From positions 1,057 through 65,056 of the forward strand of contig CAIMEL010000024.1 in assembly GCA_903840015.1 (NCBI GenBank): DNA of 64,000 nucleotides, given 5' to 3'. The position numbers were made by a program, and so were the translations under genes. The notes beneath the pieces were generated by a model. It worked only from the letters and a program-made list of their open reading frames with translations, had not been told where the DNA came from and ran no database searches. Each line of letters starts with the position of its first letter. Position 1 is the stretch's first letter. This DNA comes from an uncultured bacterium. Its GTDB lineage: Bacteria; Patescibacteriota; Dojkabacteria; SC72. Positions 47,319-56,431 of this stretch are shown here, piece after piece.

Positions 47319-48971
47319 CAAAGGTCGTAGATCAACACCTGTCATATTTGCAGGGATATCCTCTCCTAACAAACCGATTACTGTTGGCGCAACATCAGCA
47401 AGCAAACCTGTAGCCCTAGCTTTTGGACCTGTACCCACTCTATGTAATGGAACTCCTGCTTTTGTCCCTATCTCATTTATATTAGTCAATATTGTTAACG
47501 GCACTGGATTATTCGTGTGAGCGATATCAACCTCTTTTGTTGTTCTGTTAATCATAGTCTCACAATTTCCATGGTCTGCAGTAATGACCACCGCTCCACC
47601 AGCTGCCAATGTTTCCTTTGCTATCTCCGCAGTACAGGCATCAACAATCTCGTTTGCCCTAACAGTTGCCTTGAAATCTCCAGTATGACCCAACATATCA
47701 GGGTTTGCAAAATTTAGAAGAAGAAAGTGGTATGGATTTTCTTGCATCTTTTTAATCCTTGCAACAGTTTCAGATGTAATTATCTCCGCACTCATAGCAG
47801 GCACTTGAGCATAATCAGCAACCCTTGGAGAAGGTATATTGAAAAAAACCTCTCCTGGATGTGCAAGCTCAATACCACCATTAAAGAAGTATGTAACATG
47901 CATATATTTCTCTGTCTCAGAGATATGTATCTGTCGTTTACCAGTTTCAGAGAGATGCTCTGCAAGAGATTTTTTAACTGGCAAAGGAGGGAACAAGACA
48001 TTAGCAGTAAGGCCTTCCTCATAACCAGTCATTGTTGCAAAGTACAAATCCTTTGGGAAATTCCTTCGGATGAAATGTGGAAAATCCTTTAGAACAAACG
48101 CCTTAGTCAATTGCCTTGAACGGTCTTCTCTAAAATTCCAAAAAAGTACAGCGTCACCATCCTTCACAGGACCTATTGGAACACCTTGCCCAGAGAGAGC
48201 AACCCTAGGTTTAAAATACTGATCATCTTCTCCATTGGCATATGCTCTTTGAAGAACCTCTACAGGATCAATAAAAGTTTCATCAGAGAAACCCAACATT
48301 GCATCATATGCTAGCTTAGTCCTCTCCCACCTGCTATCACGATCCATTCCATAAAATCTACCCATCATTGAAGCTATCTTACCGATACCCAATTCTGCTA
48401 GCTTAGCTTTCAACTTATTCACATACAGATATCCCTCCTTTGGAGTTGTATCTCTACCATCTAACATAATATGTATATATGGATCTATACCGTTTGCCTT
48501 ACACAAGTCCAATATGGAAAAAAGGTGCTTAATATGACCATGAACACCAGCAGGACTTAAGACGCCAGTCAAATGCAATCTTGTACCCCTCTTTCGAATG
48601 AGAGAGAACATCTCCTTTATTACAGGATTGGACCCCAATTCATCACCACTAATAGCATCATTTATCCTTGGCAGTGTTTGATACACAACCTGACCTGCTC
48701 CTAAATTAAGATGTCCTACCTCAGAGTTACCTGATTCCTCATTTGGCAATCCAACATGAGTCCCAGCTGCATGTAACAATGTAGAACGCCCATATGTCCA
48801 AGCAGTATCAAGAAATGGAGTCTTTGCTGCCAAGATAGCATTACCTTCAGTATCTGGATATACACCGAACCCATCTAAGACTATCAAAGTGACAAATTTA
48901 CGAACATCTAATACGTTCTGAAATCCACTCTCTCTGTCAATATTGTCGTCTTTTTTAAAAAGTCTAAACAT
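47313..48971 (-). CDS. gpmI: 2,3-bisphosphoglycerate-independent phosphoglycerate mutase (copy 2)
   Basis: LIVLDGFG, GNSEVGH, DGRD, GRFYGMDRD, ETEKYMHVTYFFNGG, DMLGHTG and ADHGN. Confidence 0.95.
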   Translation of the reverse strand: MFRLFKKDDNIDRESGFQNVLDVRKFVTLIVLDGFGVYPDTEGNAILAAKTPFLDTAWTYGRSTLLHAAGTHVGLPNEESGNSEVGHLNLGAGQVVYQTLPRINDAISGDELGSNPVIKEMFSLIRKRGTRLHLTGVLSPAGVHGHIKHLFSILDLCKANGIDPYIHIMLDGRDTTPKEGYLYVNKLKAKLAELGIGKIASMMGRFYGMDRDSRWERTKLAYDAMLGFSDETFIDPVEVLQRAYANGEDDQYFKPRVALSGQGVPIGPVKDGDAVLFWNFREDRSRQLTKAFVLKDFPHFIRRNFPKDLYFATMTGYEEGLTANVLFPPLPVKKSLAEHLSETGKRQIHISETEKYMHVTYFFNGGIELAHPGEVFFNIPSPRVADYAQVPAMSAEIITSETVARIKKMQENPYHFLLLNFANPDMLGHTGDFKATVRANEIVDACTAEIAKETLAAGGAVVITADHGNCETMINRTTKEVDIAHTNNPVPLTILTNINEIGTKAGVPLHRVGTGPKARATGLLADVAPTVIGLLGEDIPANMTGVDLRPLL

Positions 48972-49014
48972 CTTTTACTAGCTATTATCAATTACCTTAA
49001 CTATAATATACTGT

Positions 49015-50100
49015 ATGAATGATTTACGCAAAAAAGATGTCCTCGATCTTCAAAATGATATTCAAGAGACAGTAAAAAGCCTTGATTTAGGAAACAAGAA
49101 ATCGGAATTAATCCTTCTAGAGAACGAAAGTATACAAGATACTTTTTGGAACAACAGAAACAAAGCACAACAGGTGATGAACCGAATATCATTGCTTAGA
49201 GATGAAATCCTGACAGCAGAGAACCTGGTAAAAGATATAGATTCTTTGCTTGAGCTTTTCAATTCAATTGAAAAAGAAACCGATCAGAATTCCCTCATAA
49301 CAGAATTCCAATCTCTCCGAGAACAGCTAGATAGATTCTCTTTGAGAAAATTTCTCTCTGGGAAATATGATTCTAACAAAGCAATTCTTTCAATACACTC
49401 CGGACAGGGAGGAACCGAATCAAATGACTGGGTAGAAATGCTCTACCGTATGTATACTATGTATTTTGACAAACAGAATTGGAAATATACAGTGCAAGAG
49501 ATAATCAAGGGAAATGAGGCAGGCATTTCCACAGTCACAATATACGTTGATGAACCTATGTCTTTCGGTATGCTGAAGAAAGAGCACGGTGCACATAGAT
49601 TAGTAAGAATTTCACCATTCAATTCCCAAGGTCTAAGGCAAACTACATTCGCAGGTGTAGAAATTCTCCCATACATTGAGGATTCGGATAACGAATTAGA
49701 AATACCTCCCAAAGATATACTTTTTAAAGCAGTTAAAGCAAGTGGACCAGGAGGACAAAATGTAAACAAAACATCATCTGCCGTACAAATCACACACATT
49801 CCTACAGGAATATCAGTGCAGTCATCAGATCAAAGAAGTCAGGCCCAGAACAGAGAAAATGCAATGAAAATATTGAAAGCAAAACTATGGAGAATCAAAG
49901 AGGAGAAACAGTTACAAAATATTGAAGATATTAAGGGGGAGTACAAGGTCGCAGGTTGGGGAAATCAAATCAGGAATTACATATTACATCCATACAAGCT
50001 TGTCAAAGATCTCCGTACAAATATAGAATCAAACAATCCTGAGCACATACTGGATGGTAACATAGAAGAGCTAGTTGAAGCAGAGATTAGAATGAAGTAA
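49015..50100 (+). CDS. prfB: Peptide chain release factor 2 (single continuous frame)
   Basis: GGTE..DW, HRLVRISPF (SPF), GGQNVNKT and WGNQIRNY. Confidence 0.97.
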   Translation: MNDLRKKDVLDLQNDIQETVKSLDLGNKKSELILLENESIQDTFWNNRNKAQQVMNRISLLRDEILTAENLVKDIDSLLELFNSIEKETDQNSLITEFQSLREQLDRFSLRKFLSGKYDSNKAILSIHSGQGGTESNDWVEMLYRMYTMYFDKQNWKYTVQEIIKGNEAGISTVTIYVDEPMSFGMLKKEHGAHRLVRISPFNSQGLRQTTFAGVEILPYIEDSDNELEIPPKDILFKAVKASGPGGQNVNKTSSAVQITHIPTGISVQSSDQRSQAQNRENAMKILKAKLWRIKEEKQLQNIEDIKGEYKVAGWGNQIRNYILHPYKLVKDLRTNIESNNPEHILDGNIEELVEAEIRMK

Positions 50101-50133
50101 TATATACAAGTACCTAATATTTCTAAAACTGCC

Positions 50134-51084
50134 ATGTTACTTTTTGATAAAGTTACAAAAAAATACGACCAAGACATTACTGCTTTAGAAGATGTATATT
50201 TCAATATAGATAAGGGTGAATTCTCCTTCTTAGTTGGTCCATCAGGGGCTGGTAAAACAACCTTAATGAGATTACTCATAAGAGAAGAGTTACCCACATC
50301 AGGAGACATATTCTTTGATGAAATAAATGTTCCCAAAATTCCTAGACAATTACTACCACAATATCGTCAAAAACTCGGAATCGTTTTTCAGGATATGAAA
50401 TTGCTTCAATCAAAAAATCTACAAGAGAATATCGCCTTTGCATTAGAGATACTTGGTAAAGAAACAAAGGAAATCAAAGAAACAACAGAGTACCTACTAG
50501 AGCTAGTCAAACTTCAAGATAGAAGATTCCTTTTCCCCCATCAGCTATCTGGAGGGGAACAGCAAAGAGGAGCAATTGCTAGAGCGTTAGCAAATAATCC
50601 AGAGCTATTAGTAGCAGACGAACCTACTGGAAATCTTGATCCTGATAATGCTTTTGATGTTCTTACAATATTAAGAAATATTAACAAGGCAGGTACCACA
50701 GTTATGGTAATTAGTCATGACAAAGATATAGTGAATGAAATGAAAACACGAGTCATACGAATGGAAAAAGGTAAGGTCATATCTGACAACAAGGGAGATT
50801 ATGACACTATTAAAAAACCAAAAGCTCCAACACATATCAAACCAAAGAAAGAGGAGAAGAAAGATACAGAGGATGTAAAAGAGAGTAAGAAGGAACTAGA
50901 GATAGATGAAAGGATTAAAGATCTCGAACCAAGTATATTGAAGAAGTTTGTAGATGCAAAGATAAATACTCTTGAACTGATCTTTAATCTAACAGAAAGC
51001 GATCTTAAGAATTTGAAGATAACGAAAAAGGAACAAGAAATCTTAGAAGCATTTGTAAAAGATTATTTAACTAAATCTAAATAA
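50134..51084 (+). CDS. ftsE: Cell division ATP-binding protein FtsE with C-terminal extension
   Basis: GPSGAGKTT, VFQD.KLL, LSGGEQQR and ADEPTGNLD; upstream of ftsX. Confidence 0.93.
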   Translation: MLLFDKVTKKYDQDITALEDVYFNIDKGEFSFLVGPSGAGKTTLMRLLIREELPTSGDIFFDEINVPKIPRQLLPQYRQKLGIVFQDMKLLQSKNLQENIAFALEILGKETKEIKETTEYLLELVKLQDRRFLFPHQLSGGEQQRGAIARALANNPELLVADEPTGNLDPDNAFDVLTILRNINKAGTTVMVISHDKDIVNEMKTRVIRMEKGKVISDNKGDYDTIKKPKAPTHIKPKKEEKKDTEDVKESKKELEIDERIKDLEPSILKKFVDAKINTLELIFNLTESDLKNLKITKKEQEILEAFVKDYLTKSK

Positions 51085-51089
51085 CTATT

Positions 51090-52016
51090 ATGGCCACTAC
51101 AGAAAAAATATTTGATACAGCTAAAAAGAATATACAAAGAAATAGATGGCTATCCATCTCAACAGTTTTTGTATCAACCATAGTCATAGCAATATCATCA
51201 TTCTTCATAAGTTTGGCAATAATGGGGCAGAAAGCTGTGAGTTACTATGAAATGAAGGCACAGGTAATTATATTCTTCAAGAAAGATGCACCAGAGGCAG
51301 ATATATTAAGTTTCAGAGACAAGATTTTCAATCCCGAATTAATTGAGAATATAAAATATATATCTAAAGAAGATGCCCTCTTAATATATCAAGAGGATTT
51401 CGCAGATAATCCAGATCTACTCTCAACTGTTACAGCAGATTCCCTACCACCAAGCTTAGAGATAAGAGCAAAGGATGTAGATTCCCTCCTTTCTGTTATA
51501 GAGAATATCAATCAGGAGAAAACAACAAATGCATATATAGATGAGGTTATGTATTTTAAAGATGTTGTAGAGAATTTGAAAACTCTTTCAAGAATCATAG
51601 GAATCGGTTCAGCCCTACTCATCTCTGGGTTACTTTTAATAACTTTCTCTTTAATCAGAATTACTATTGGTTTCAATATCAATTCTCACAAAGAAGAGAT
51701 TCAAATTATGCATTTGGTTGGTAGTTCTGACAAATTCATAAAACTACCCTTCATCCTTGAAGGATGTTTCTACGGAATTGCTGGAGGACTTTTGGCCTCT
51801 TTAATACTCATAATTCCTTGGTACTCTGTATTGTATTACACTCAAAATACTGATTTTGCATACTGGTTTAACCAAGTACTTGCTGATTTTAATTTAGATT
51901 TCCTAAGACCAATAAATATTGCATTCTTACTAATCTACCTCCTGATACATATGTTAATAGGAGGTGTTCTTGGTATGGTTAGTAGTTTAAGTGCAGTAAA
52001 AAGGTATTTAGAATGA
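51090..52016 (+). CDS. ftsX: Cell division permease FtsX
   Basis: RNRWLS, YISKEDAL, LPPSLEI and EI.IM.LVG....FI.LPF.LEG. Confidence 0.93.
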   Translation: MATTEKIFDTAKKNIQRNRWLSISTVFVSTIVIAISSFFISLAIMGQKAVSYYEMKAQVIIFFKKDAPEADILSFRDKIFNPELIENIKYISKEDALLIYQEDFADNPDLLSTVTADSLPPSLEIRAKDVDSLLSVIENINQEKTTNAYIDEVMYFKDVVENLKTLSRIIGIGSALLISGLLLITFSLIRITIGFNINSHKEEIQIMHLVGSSDKFIKLPFILEGCFYGIAGGLLASLILIIPWYSVLYYTQNTDFAYWFNQVLADFNLDFLRPINIAFLLIYLLIHMLIGGVLGMVSSLSAVKRYLE

Positions 52017-53365
52017 AAAGAATAAAGATAGTCTTGACAATCATATTCGTTCTCTTTGCAACTGTAATTGCGTTTGGATATATACATAGAAATAACATTG
52101 CGTATGCAGCCACCGAATGCCCCTCTACTATGGATCCTAATTCACAAGCATGTGTAGACTATCTGTATAACGAATTAGCAAAACTTCAAAAGGAAAGTAA
52201 GAACATACGTAATGAACTTAAAGAAGAAGAGTATCAACAGTTATCTCTAAGTGAAAAAATTTCATACATGCAAAAACAGATAGCAGATACTGAGAAAGTG
52301 ATTAAGTCGCTTGAAGTAGATATCGCAGCACATGATGTAGAGATTAAACTTTTAGAGAAGAGTATTTTAGAAAAAGAAGATAATATATCCCTTCTTCGAC
52401 AAGAGGCAGATGTTTTAGAGAAAACTGTAAGTAAGAGAGTCTCAGAATCTTACAAATACTCTTTCGTCGGACCATTCGAAGTTTTTATGGATGTAACGAA
52501 TCTTTCAACTGTTTTAAGAAAAACCAAATACCTAGCAGTAACCAGAACTCAGGATAGAGAGGCTATTGAATCGTTTGCAAGTACAATGAGTCAACTAAAA
52601 GATGAGGAGGTCATACTCGCCAAAGAAAAGTCTGATCTACAATTAAAAAGGAACTCTATGGAAGAGAACAAAGTTGAATTAGCAGGAGAAAGGACGAAAC
52701 TTAATAGTCAAAAAGCAGAGCAAGATAGCCTTTTAGCCCAATCAAAAAGAAGAGAAGCAGACTACAGAGCTCAGCTTTCGGCAATCAACAGATCTATGGG
52801 TGCCCTTGACGACAAAATATCTGACATAGTCGTCAAACTGTATGCACAAGGTATGTTAAAGAATGGTACAAAGGTAAGCGCTGGACAGTACATAGGTTTT
52901 CAAGGACATACTGGTTGTTCATATGGCTCACATTTACACTTTGATATACGAAACAGATATGATGTGCGACAGAATCCAAGCAACTATTTAAGTGGTGGAA
53001 TTGAATACCAAATGATAAAATCAAAAGTATATATATCCCCTCTACAAGACGCTATTTTAACACAGAGGTATTACACATATCATCGAGCTTGGGATATGCG
53101 TAGTACATCACAAGGGAATCAGGATTGGAGTAAGACATATACTGTTCCTAAAGGCATCTGTACCGATGCTGATCGATTAATATCACAGTACGGCCCAACT
53201 GCATATCTTATGGGAGAGGGAGCCCCTGTAAAGGCCATTGCTAAAGGTACTGTATATTACGGAACAATCATTCCTAACGGAGTTAATGGAAGCAAGTATC
53301 CAGCCAAATACGCTCTACTCATTCATGATGATGGTAACAAATCTTTCTACCTTCATCTAAAGTAA
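52013..53365 (+). CDS. Coiled-coil murein hydrolase with circularly permuted M23 peptidase domain
   Basis: Signal/TM, long coiled coil, GQYIGFQGHTG...HLHF followed by HRAWD...GAPVKA...HDDG..SFYLHL. Confidence 0.85.
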   Translation: MKRIKIVLTIIFVLFATVIAFGYIHRNNIAYAATECPSTMDPNSQACVDYLYNELAKLQKESKNIRNELKEEEYQQLSLSEKISYMQKQIADTEKVIKSLEVDIAAHDVEIKLLEKSILEKEDNISLLRQEADVLEKTVSKRVSESYKYSFVGPFEVFMDVTNLSTVLRKTKYLAVTRTQDREAIESFASTMSQLKDEEVILAKEKSDLQLKRNSMEENKVELAGERTKLNSQKAEQDSLLAQSKRREADYRAQLSAINRSMGALDDKISDIVVKLYAQGMLKNGTKVSAGQYIGFQGHTGCSYGSHLHFDIRNRYDVRQNPSNYLSGGIEYQMIKSKVYISPLQDAILTQRYYTYHRAWDMRSTSQGNQDWSKTYTVPKGICTDADRLISQYGPTAYLMGEGAPVKAIAKGTVYYGTIIPNGVNGSKYPAKYALLIHDDGNKSFYLHLK

Positions 53366-53427
53366 CCCACTTTATTCTTCCTTCATATTTTGCTAAACTA
53401 CTCTTAATAATTTAATACCATATATAA

Positions 53428-54258
53428 ATGGCAGTAGCTAAAAAAAGTTCTACAAAAAAGAAACCTGCACCCCAGAAAGTAGAGAAAAAAGCCCCTACTA
53501 AGACAAAGGTCAAGTTTGTAATAAAGAAACCAGATTTTTCTAAATTTAAAACATTCAACTACAAACCTATTCTAAAAATAATAGGGATGATTGTAATAAT
53601 AGTTGGAGCATTTGCGGTTGTAGATCTCACTGTTCAATACCTAAACAATGACTACAGTGTAGCAGTAGTAAATGGATCAAGAATCTCAAAGGCAAAATGG
53701 CATGACAGATTAGAGGCTGCATACGGTGGAGCTGTTGCACAGGAGTTGATAGAGGATCAGATATTGATGATGGAAGCTAGAAAAGCAAAGGTATCTGTAA
53801 ATAAAGATGAGATAGATAAGAAAATCGAAGAAATTAGAGTAAGTATTGGTGGGGAAGAGATGCTTCAATCTGCATTAGTTGCAAATAACATTACAATGGG
53901 AGAACTTAGAGATCAGATTGAATTAGATCTACTCTATACTAAGATCTTAACTCCTACATTGGAGTATACAGATGAGGATGTTAAAGATTTCTTCAATCAA
54001 TATAGTGATGTAATTTTCCCAGATGAAACAGAAGCTTTGGATGAAGGAGAGAAATTAGATTTTGAAGCAAACAAAGAAAAGACTGAAGAAATATATATAC
54101 AACAGCAGGTTCAAACTAAGAAAACATCATGGTTAACTGAGAAGAAAGCTGAGTACAAGATACAAGATAACTCTACAGCAAAGCCTAAGTATGGATTCTT
54201 AACAACAACCTCAAACATAATTAGTAACTTACTTGAGAGTCTTACAAAGAAAGACTAA
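53428..54258 (+). CDS. SurA/PrsA N-terminal-domain chaperone (no parvulin domain visible)
   Basis: TM, VAVVNG.RIS, LIEDQ....EA.K..V.V...EID and TDEDVKDFF. Confidence 0.75.
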   Translation: MAVAKKSSTKKKPAPQKVEKKAPTKTKVKFVIKKPDFSKFKTFNYKPILKIIGMIVIIVGAFAVVDLTVQYLNNDYSVAVVNGSRISKAKWHDRLEAAYGGAVAQELIEDQILMMEARKAKVSVNKDEIDKKIEEIRVSIGGEEMLQSALVANNITMGELRDQIELDLLYTKILTPTLEYTDEDVKDFFNQYSDVIFPDETEALDEGEKLDFEANKEKTEEIYIQQQVQTKKTSWLTEKKAEYKIQDNSTAKPKYGFLTTTSNIISNLLESLTKKD

Positions 54259-54280
54259 TTAGCTGAATTAGGATGTTAAA

Positions 54281-54307
54281 AAAAAGGAGGTCTTAGACCT
54301 CCTTTTT
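54281..54307. terminator. Bidirectional intrinsic terminator
   Basis: AAAAAGGAGGTC-TTA-GACCTCCTTTTT between convergent genes. Confidence 0.85.
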
Positions 54308-54311
54308 CATT

Positions 54312-54905
54312 CTATATACCCTCTTTAGGTTCCACTAATCCATAACCACCATTTTTCCTCCTGTAAAGCATAGAAATCTTACCACTCTTCTTACTTCTAA
54401 AGAGATATTGATCATATCCAGCCATTTCCATTCTCTCGATAGCTTCACCCTCTTCCAAAGGAGACATATCTTCCACTATCTTTCTCTTCCCTATCTTAGG
54501 AGTGTAATCAACATAATCATCTACCTCGTCCTCTTCTACAAATGCTTCTAATTCGGATTCCGCTTCTAAAACCTTCCACGGCTTCTCTCCAATCCAAACT
54601 TCCTTCATATCACTATACCTACTCAACCTACGACCTAAGACCTCTACTGCAGTATCGATATTTACATACATATCAGAACCTGTCTCCTCAACCCTAATCA
54701 AAGTCTCTGGTAATTTAACATTAATATCTACTCTAAAATCATAATCAACTCCTTTTGTGAATCTACTCTGTTTGAAGAAAACTTCTATAGAGGTAGCTTG
54801 ATTCAACAAAGATTCCTTCTTAGATAGCTTCTCAACTACATACTTCTTAAGAGGTTCTGTAGGATCCATACCAACGAACGATATCCTAATATCTTTCTCT
54901 AACAT
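54312..54905 (-). CDS. hpf: Ribosome hibernation promoting factor (long form)
   Basis: T..LK.YV..KL, DMY..ID.A...L.R.L and C-terminal EAI..ME..G...YLF....SMLYRRK.GGYGL. Confidence 0.92.
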   Translation of the reverse strand: MLEKDIRISFVGMDPTEPLKKYVVEKLSKKESLLNQATSIEVFFKQSRFTKGVDYDFRVDINVKLPETLIRVEETGSDMYVNIDTAVEVLGRRLSRYSDMKEVWIGEKPWKVLEAESELEAFVEEDEVDDYVDYTPKIGKRKIVEDMSPLEEGEAIERMEMAGYDQYLFRSKKSGKISMLYRRKNGGYGLVEPKEGI

Positions 54906-54994
54906 AGTGGAATATACTCAATTTATATATATTAATATACCATATGATTTTAGGTTGCAGAATTAAATCAAGGAATATATAATAGGTCTGTTAT

Positions 54995-55066
54995 TCCGCG
55001 ATAGCTCAATGGTAGAGCAAACGGCTGTTAACCGTTCGGTTCCAGGTTCGAGTCCTGGTCGCGGAG
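54995..55066 (+). tRNA. tRNA-Asn (GTT)
   Basis: TCCGCGATAGCTCAATGGTAGAGC...CTGTTAA...GGTTCGAGTCCTGGTCGCGGAG. Confidence 0.96.
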
Positions 55067-55090
55067 TTTCTACATCCCCCCACTAAACAC

Positions 55091-55318
55091 ATGCAAACTA
55101 TCACAGGCAAAATATACAAAGAAATATTTACATTACTTGAGAAAAATCCCAATGGTTTACGTTGGTCTGAGTTACTATCTCAAATACAACAATCTGACTC
55201 TACTCTGCATCCCAAAACAATTAATGGATGCGTTTGGAAGTTATTAGAAAAATTCCCAGATCAAGTATACAAACCAGAAAAGGGAATCTTTCGTTTAACA
55301 AAATACAGAAACAATTGA
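55091..55318 (+). CDS. Small winged-helix-like protein
   Basis: LLEKNPNGLRWSEL...TING...L...VYKPEKG.F pattern. Confidence 0.6.
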   Translation: MQTITGKIYKEIFTLLEKNPNGLRWSELLSQIQQSDSTLHPKTINGCVWKLLEKFPDQVYKPEKGIFRLTKYRNN

Positions 55319-55349
55319 CTCTAATCTTAATCAGAGTTACAATTCAACT

Positions 55350-55661
55350 ATGAGTAAAAATCCCTTCTACAATGCTTTGGCAGCAATCATATACATCTTA
55401 ACAATAGTGTTGGCAATAAATTCAATTTCAGACTTAGAAACAAATGAATATCCGCTATCTCTTGTAACCCCTGTACTCGTCCTCTCTCTCTTCACACTCT
55501 CAGCAGCGGTAATGGGATACCTGTTCTGCTTCCAGCCTCTTAGACTATACCTTGATGGTAAAAAAGAAGAAGCAGTAAAACTATTTCTTAAAACAGTAGC
55601 AATATTTGCAATAATTCCATTAACAATATTCCTGCTGTACTTCTTCAAAATAATACCTTAA
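55350..55661 (+). CDS. Small 3-TM membrane protein
   Basis: Hydrophobic segments; LSAAVMGYLF...P..LYLDG. Confidence 0.7.
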   Translation: MSKNPFYNALAAIIYILTIVLAINSISDLETNEYPLSLVTPVLVLSLFTLSAAVMGYLFCFQPLRLYLDGKKEEAVKLFLKTVAIFAIIPLTIFLLYFFKIIP

Positions 55662-55665
55662 ATTA

Positions 55666-55869
55666 TTACTTCTTTGGAACTTCTTCTTTCTTTCGAAGTA
55701 AAAACTTCACAAAGAGAAATATACTTGTAGAAAGTAACACAGCCATATCATCAATCAAACCGATACCAGAGGCCAAATCCCCTGGAATCAAATCAATCGG
55801 AGATATGATATATATGAAAGAGAATAGTAAAATCCAATTCTCCTTAAAAAATTCTTTAAGTTTTTCCAT
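55666..55869 (-). CDS. DUF1232/YkvA family membrane protein
   Basis: YIISPIDLIPGD...GLIDD. Confidence 0.85.
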   Translation of the reverse strand: MEKLKEFFKENWILLFSFIYIISPIDLIPGDLASGIGLIDDMAVLLSTSIFLFVKFLLRKKEEVPKK

Positions 55870-55930
55870 GTTTGATAATACCACAAAAAACCTGCTTTAA
55901 ATAAAACATATATTAAGGTAAGATAACAAT

Positions 55931-56431
55931 ATGGAAATACCAGGTGGCGCATTAATAGGACAAAGTGAATTCGGAAATTCAGAGTTAAAAGATATTCAAC
56001 GACATCTTCTTACACTCACCAATGCACCCCCATATGAAGTACCATATCTTTACGATGAAGAATTCCTCACAGAACTAAAGCAAGTACCCAATTATGAAAC
56101 ACTTGTCACAGAGAGTGTAAAACATACAAGGGGAGAACAAAGTGATCCCAATTCTGTTTTGGTTTTTAGAAGAACTCTTCCACAAACAACAGGTATTAAA
56201 CCTGAAAAACATTGGTGTTTTGAATATCTACAAGTTCGAAATGGTCTAAGACAAGAAATACAAGGCCAACACAGAGAGAACACAAGAATCTATGTCTCAA
56301 CAATTGGTATTTTAGAAGATATCACCAAGCAACCAGTAGCTATTGGAGGACTCACTGATGGAGAACTACAGATTTCTGATGGGCCGTTAGATTTAGAAAA
56401 GGCTTCTCTTTTTAGTATTAAGATAGAATGA
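55931..56431 (+). CDS. Hypothetical protein
   Basis: 166-aa ORF coupled (ATGA) to the next gene. Confidence 0.65.
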   Translation: MEIPGGALIGQSEFGNSELKDIQRHLLTLTNAPPYEVPYLYDEEFLTELKQVPNYETLVTESVKHTRGEQSDPNSVLVFRRTLPQTTGIKPEKHWCFEYLQVRNGLRQEIQGQHRENTRIYVSTIGILEDITKQPVAIGGLTDGELQISDGPLDLEKASLFSIKIE

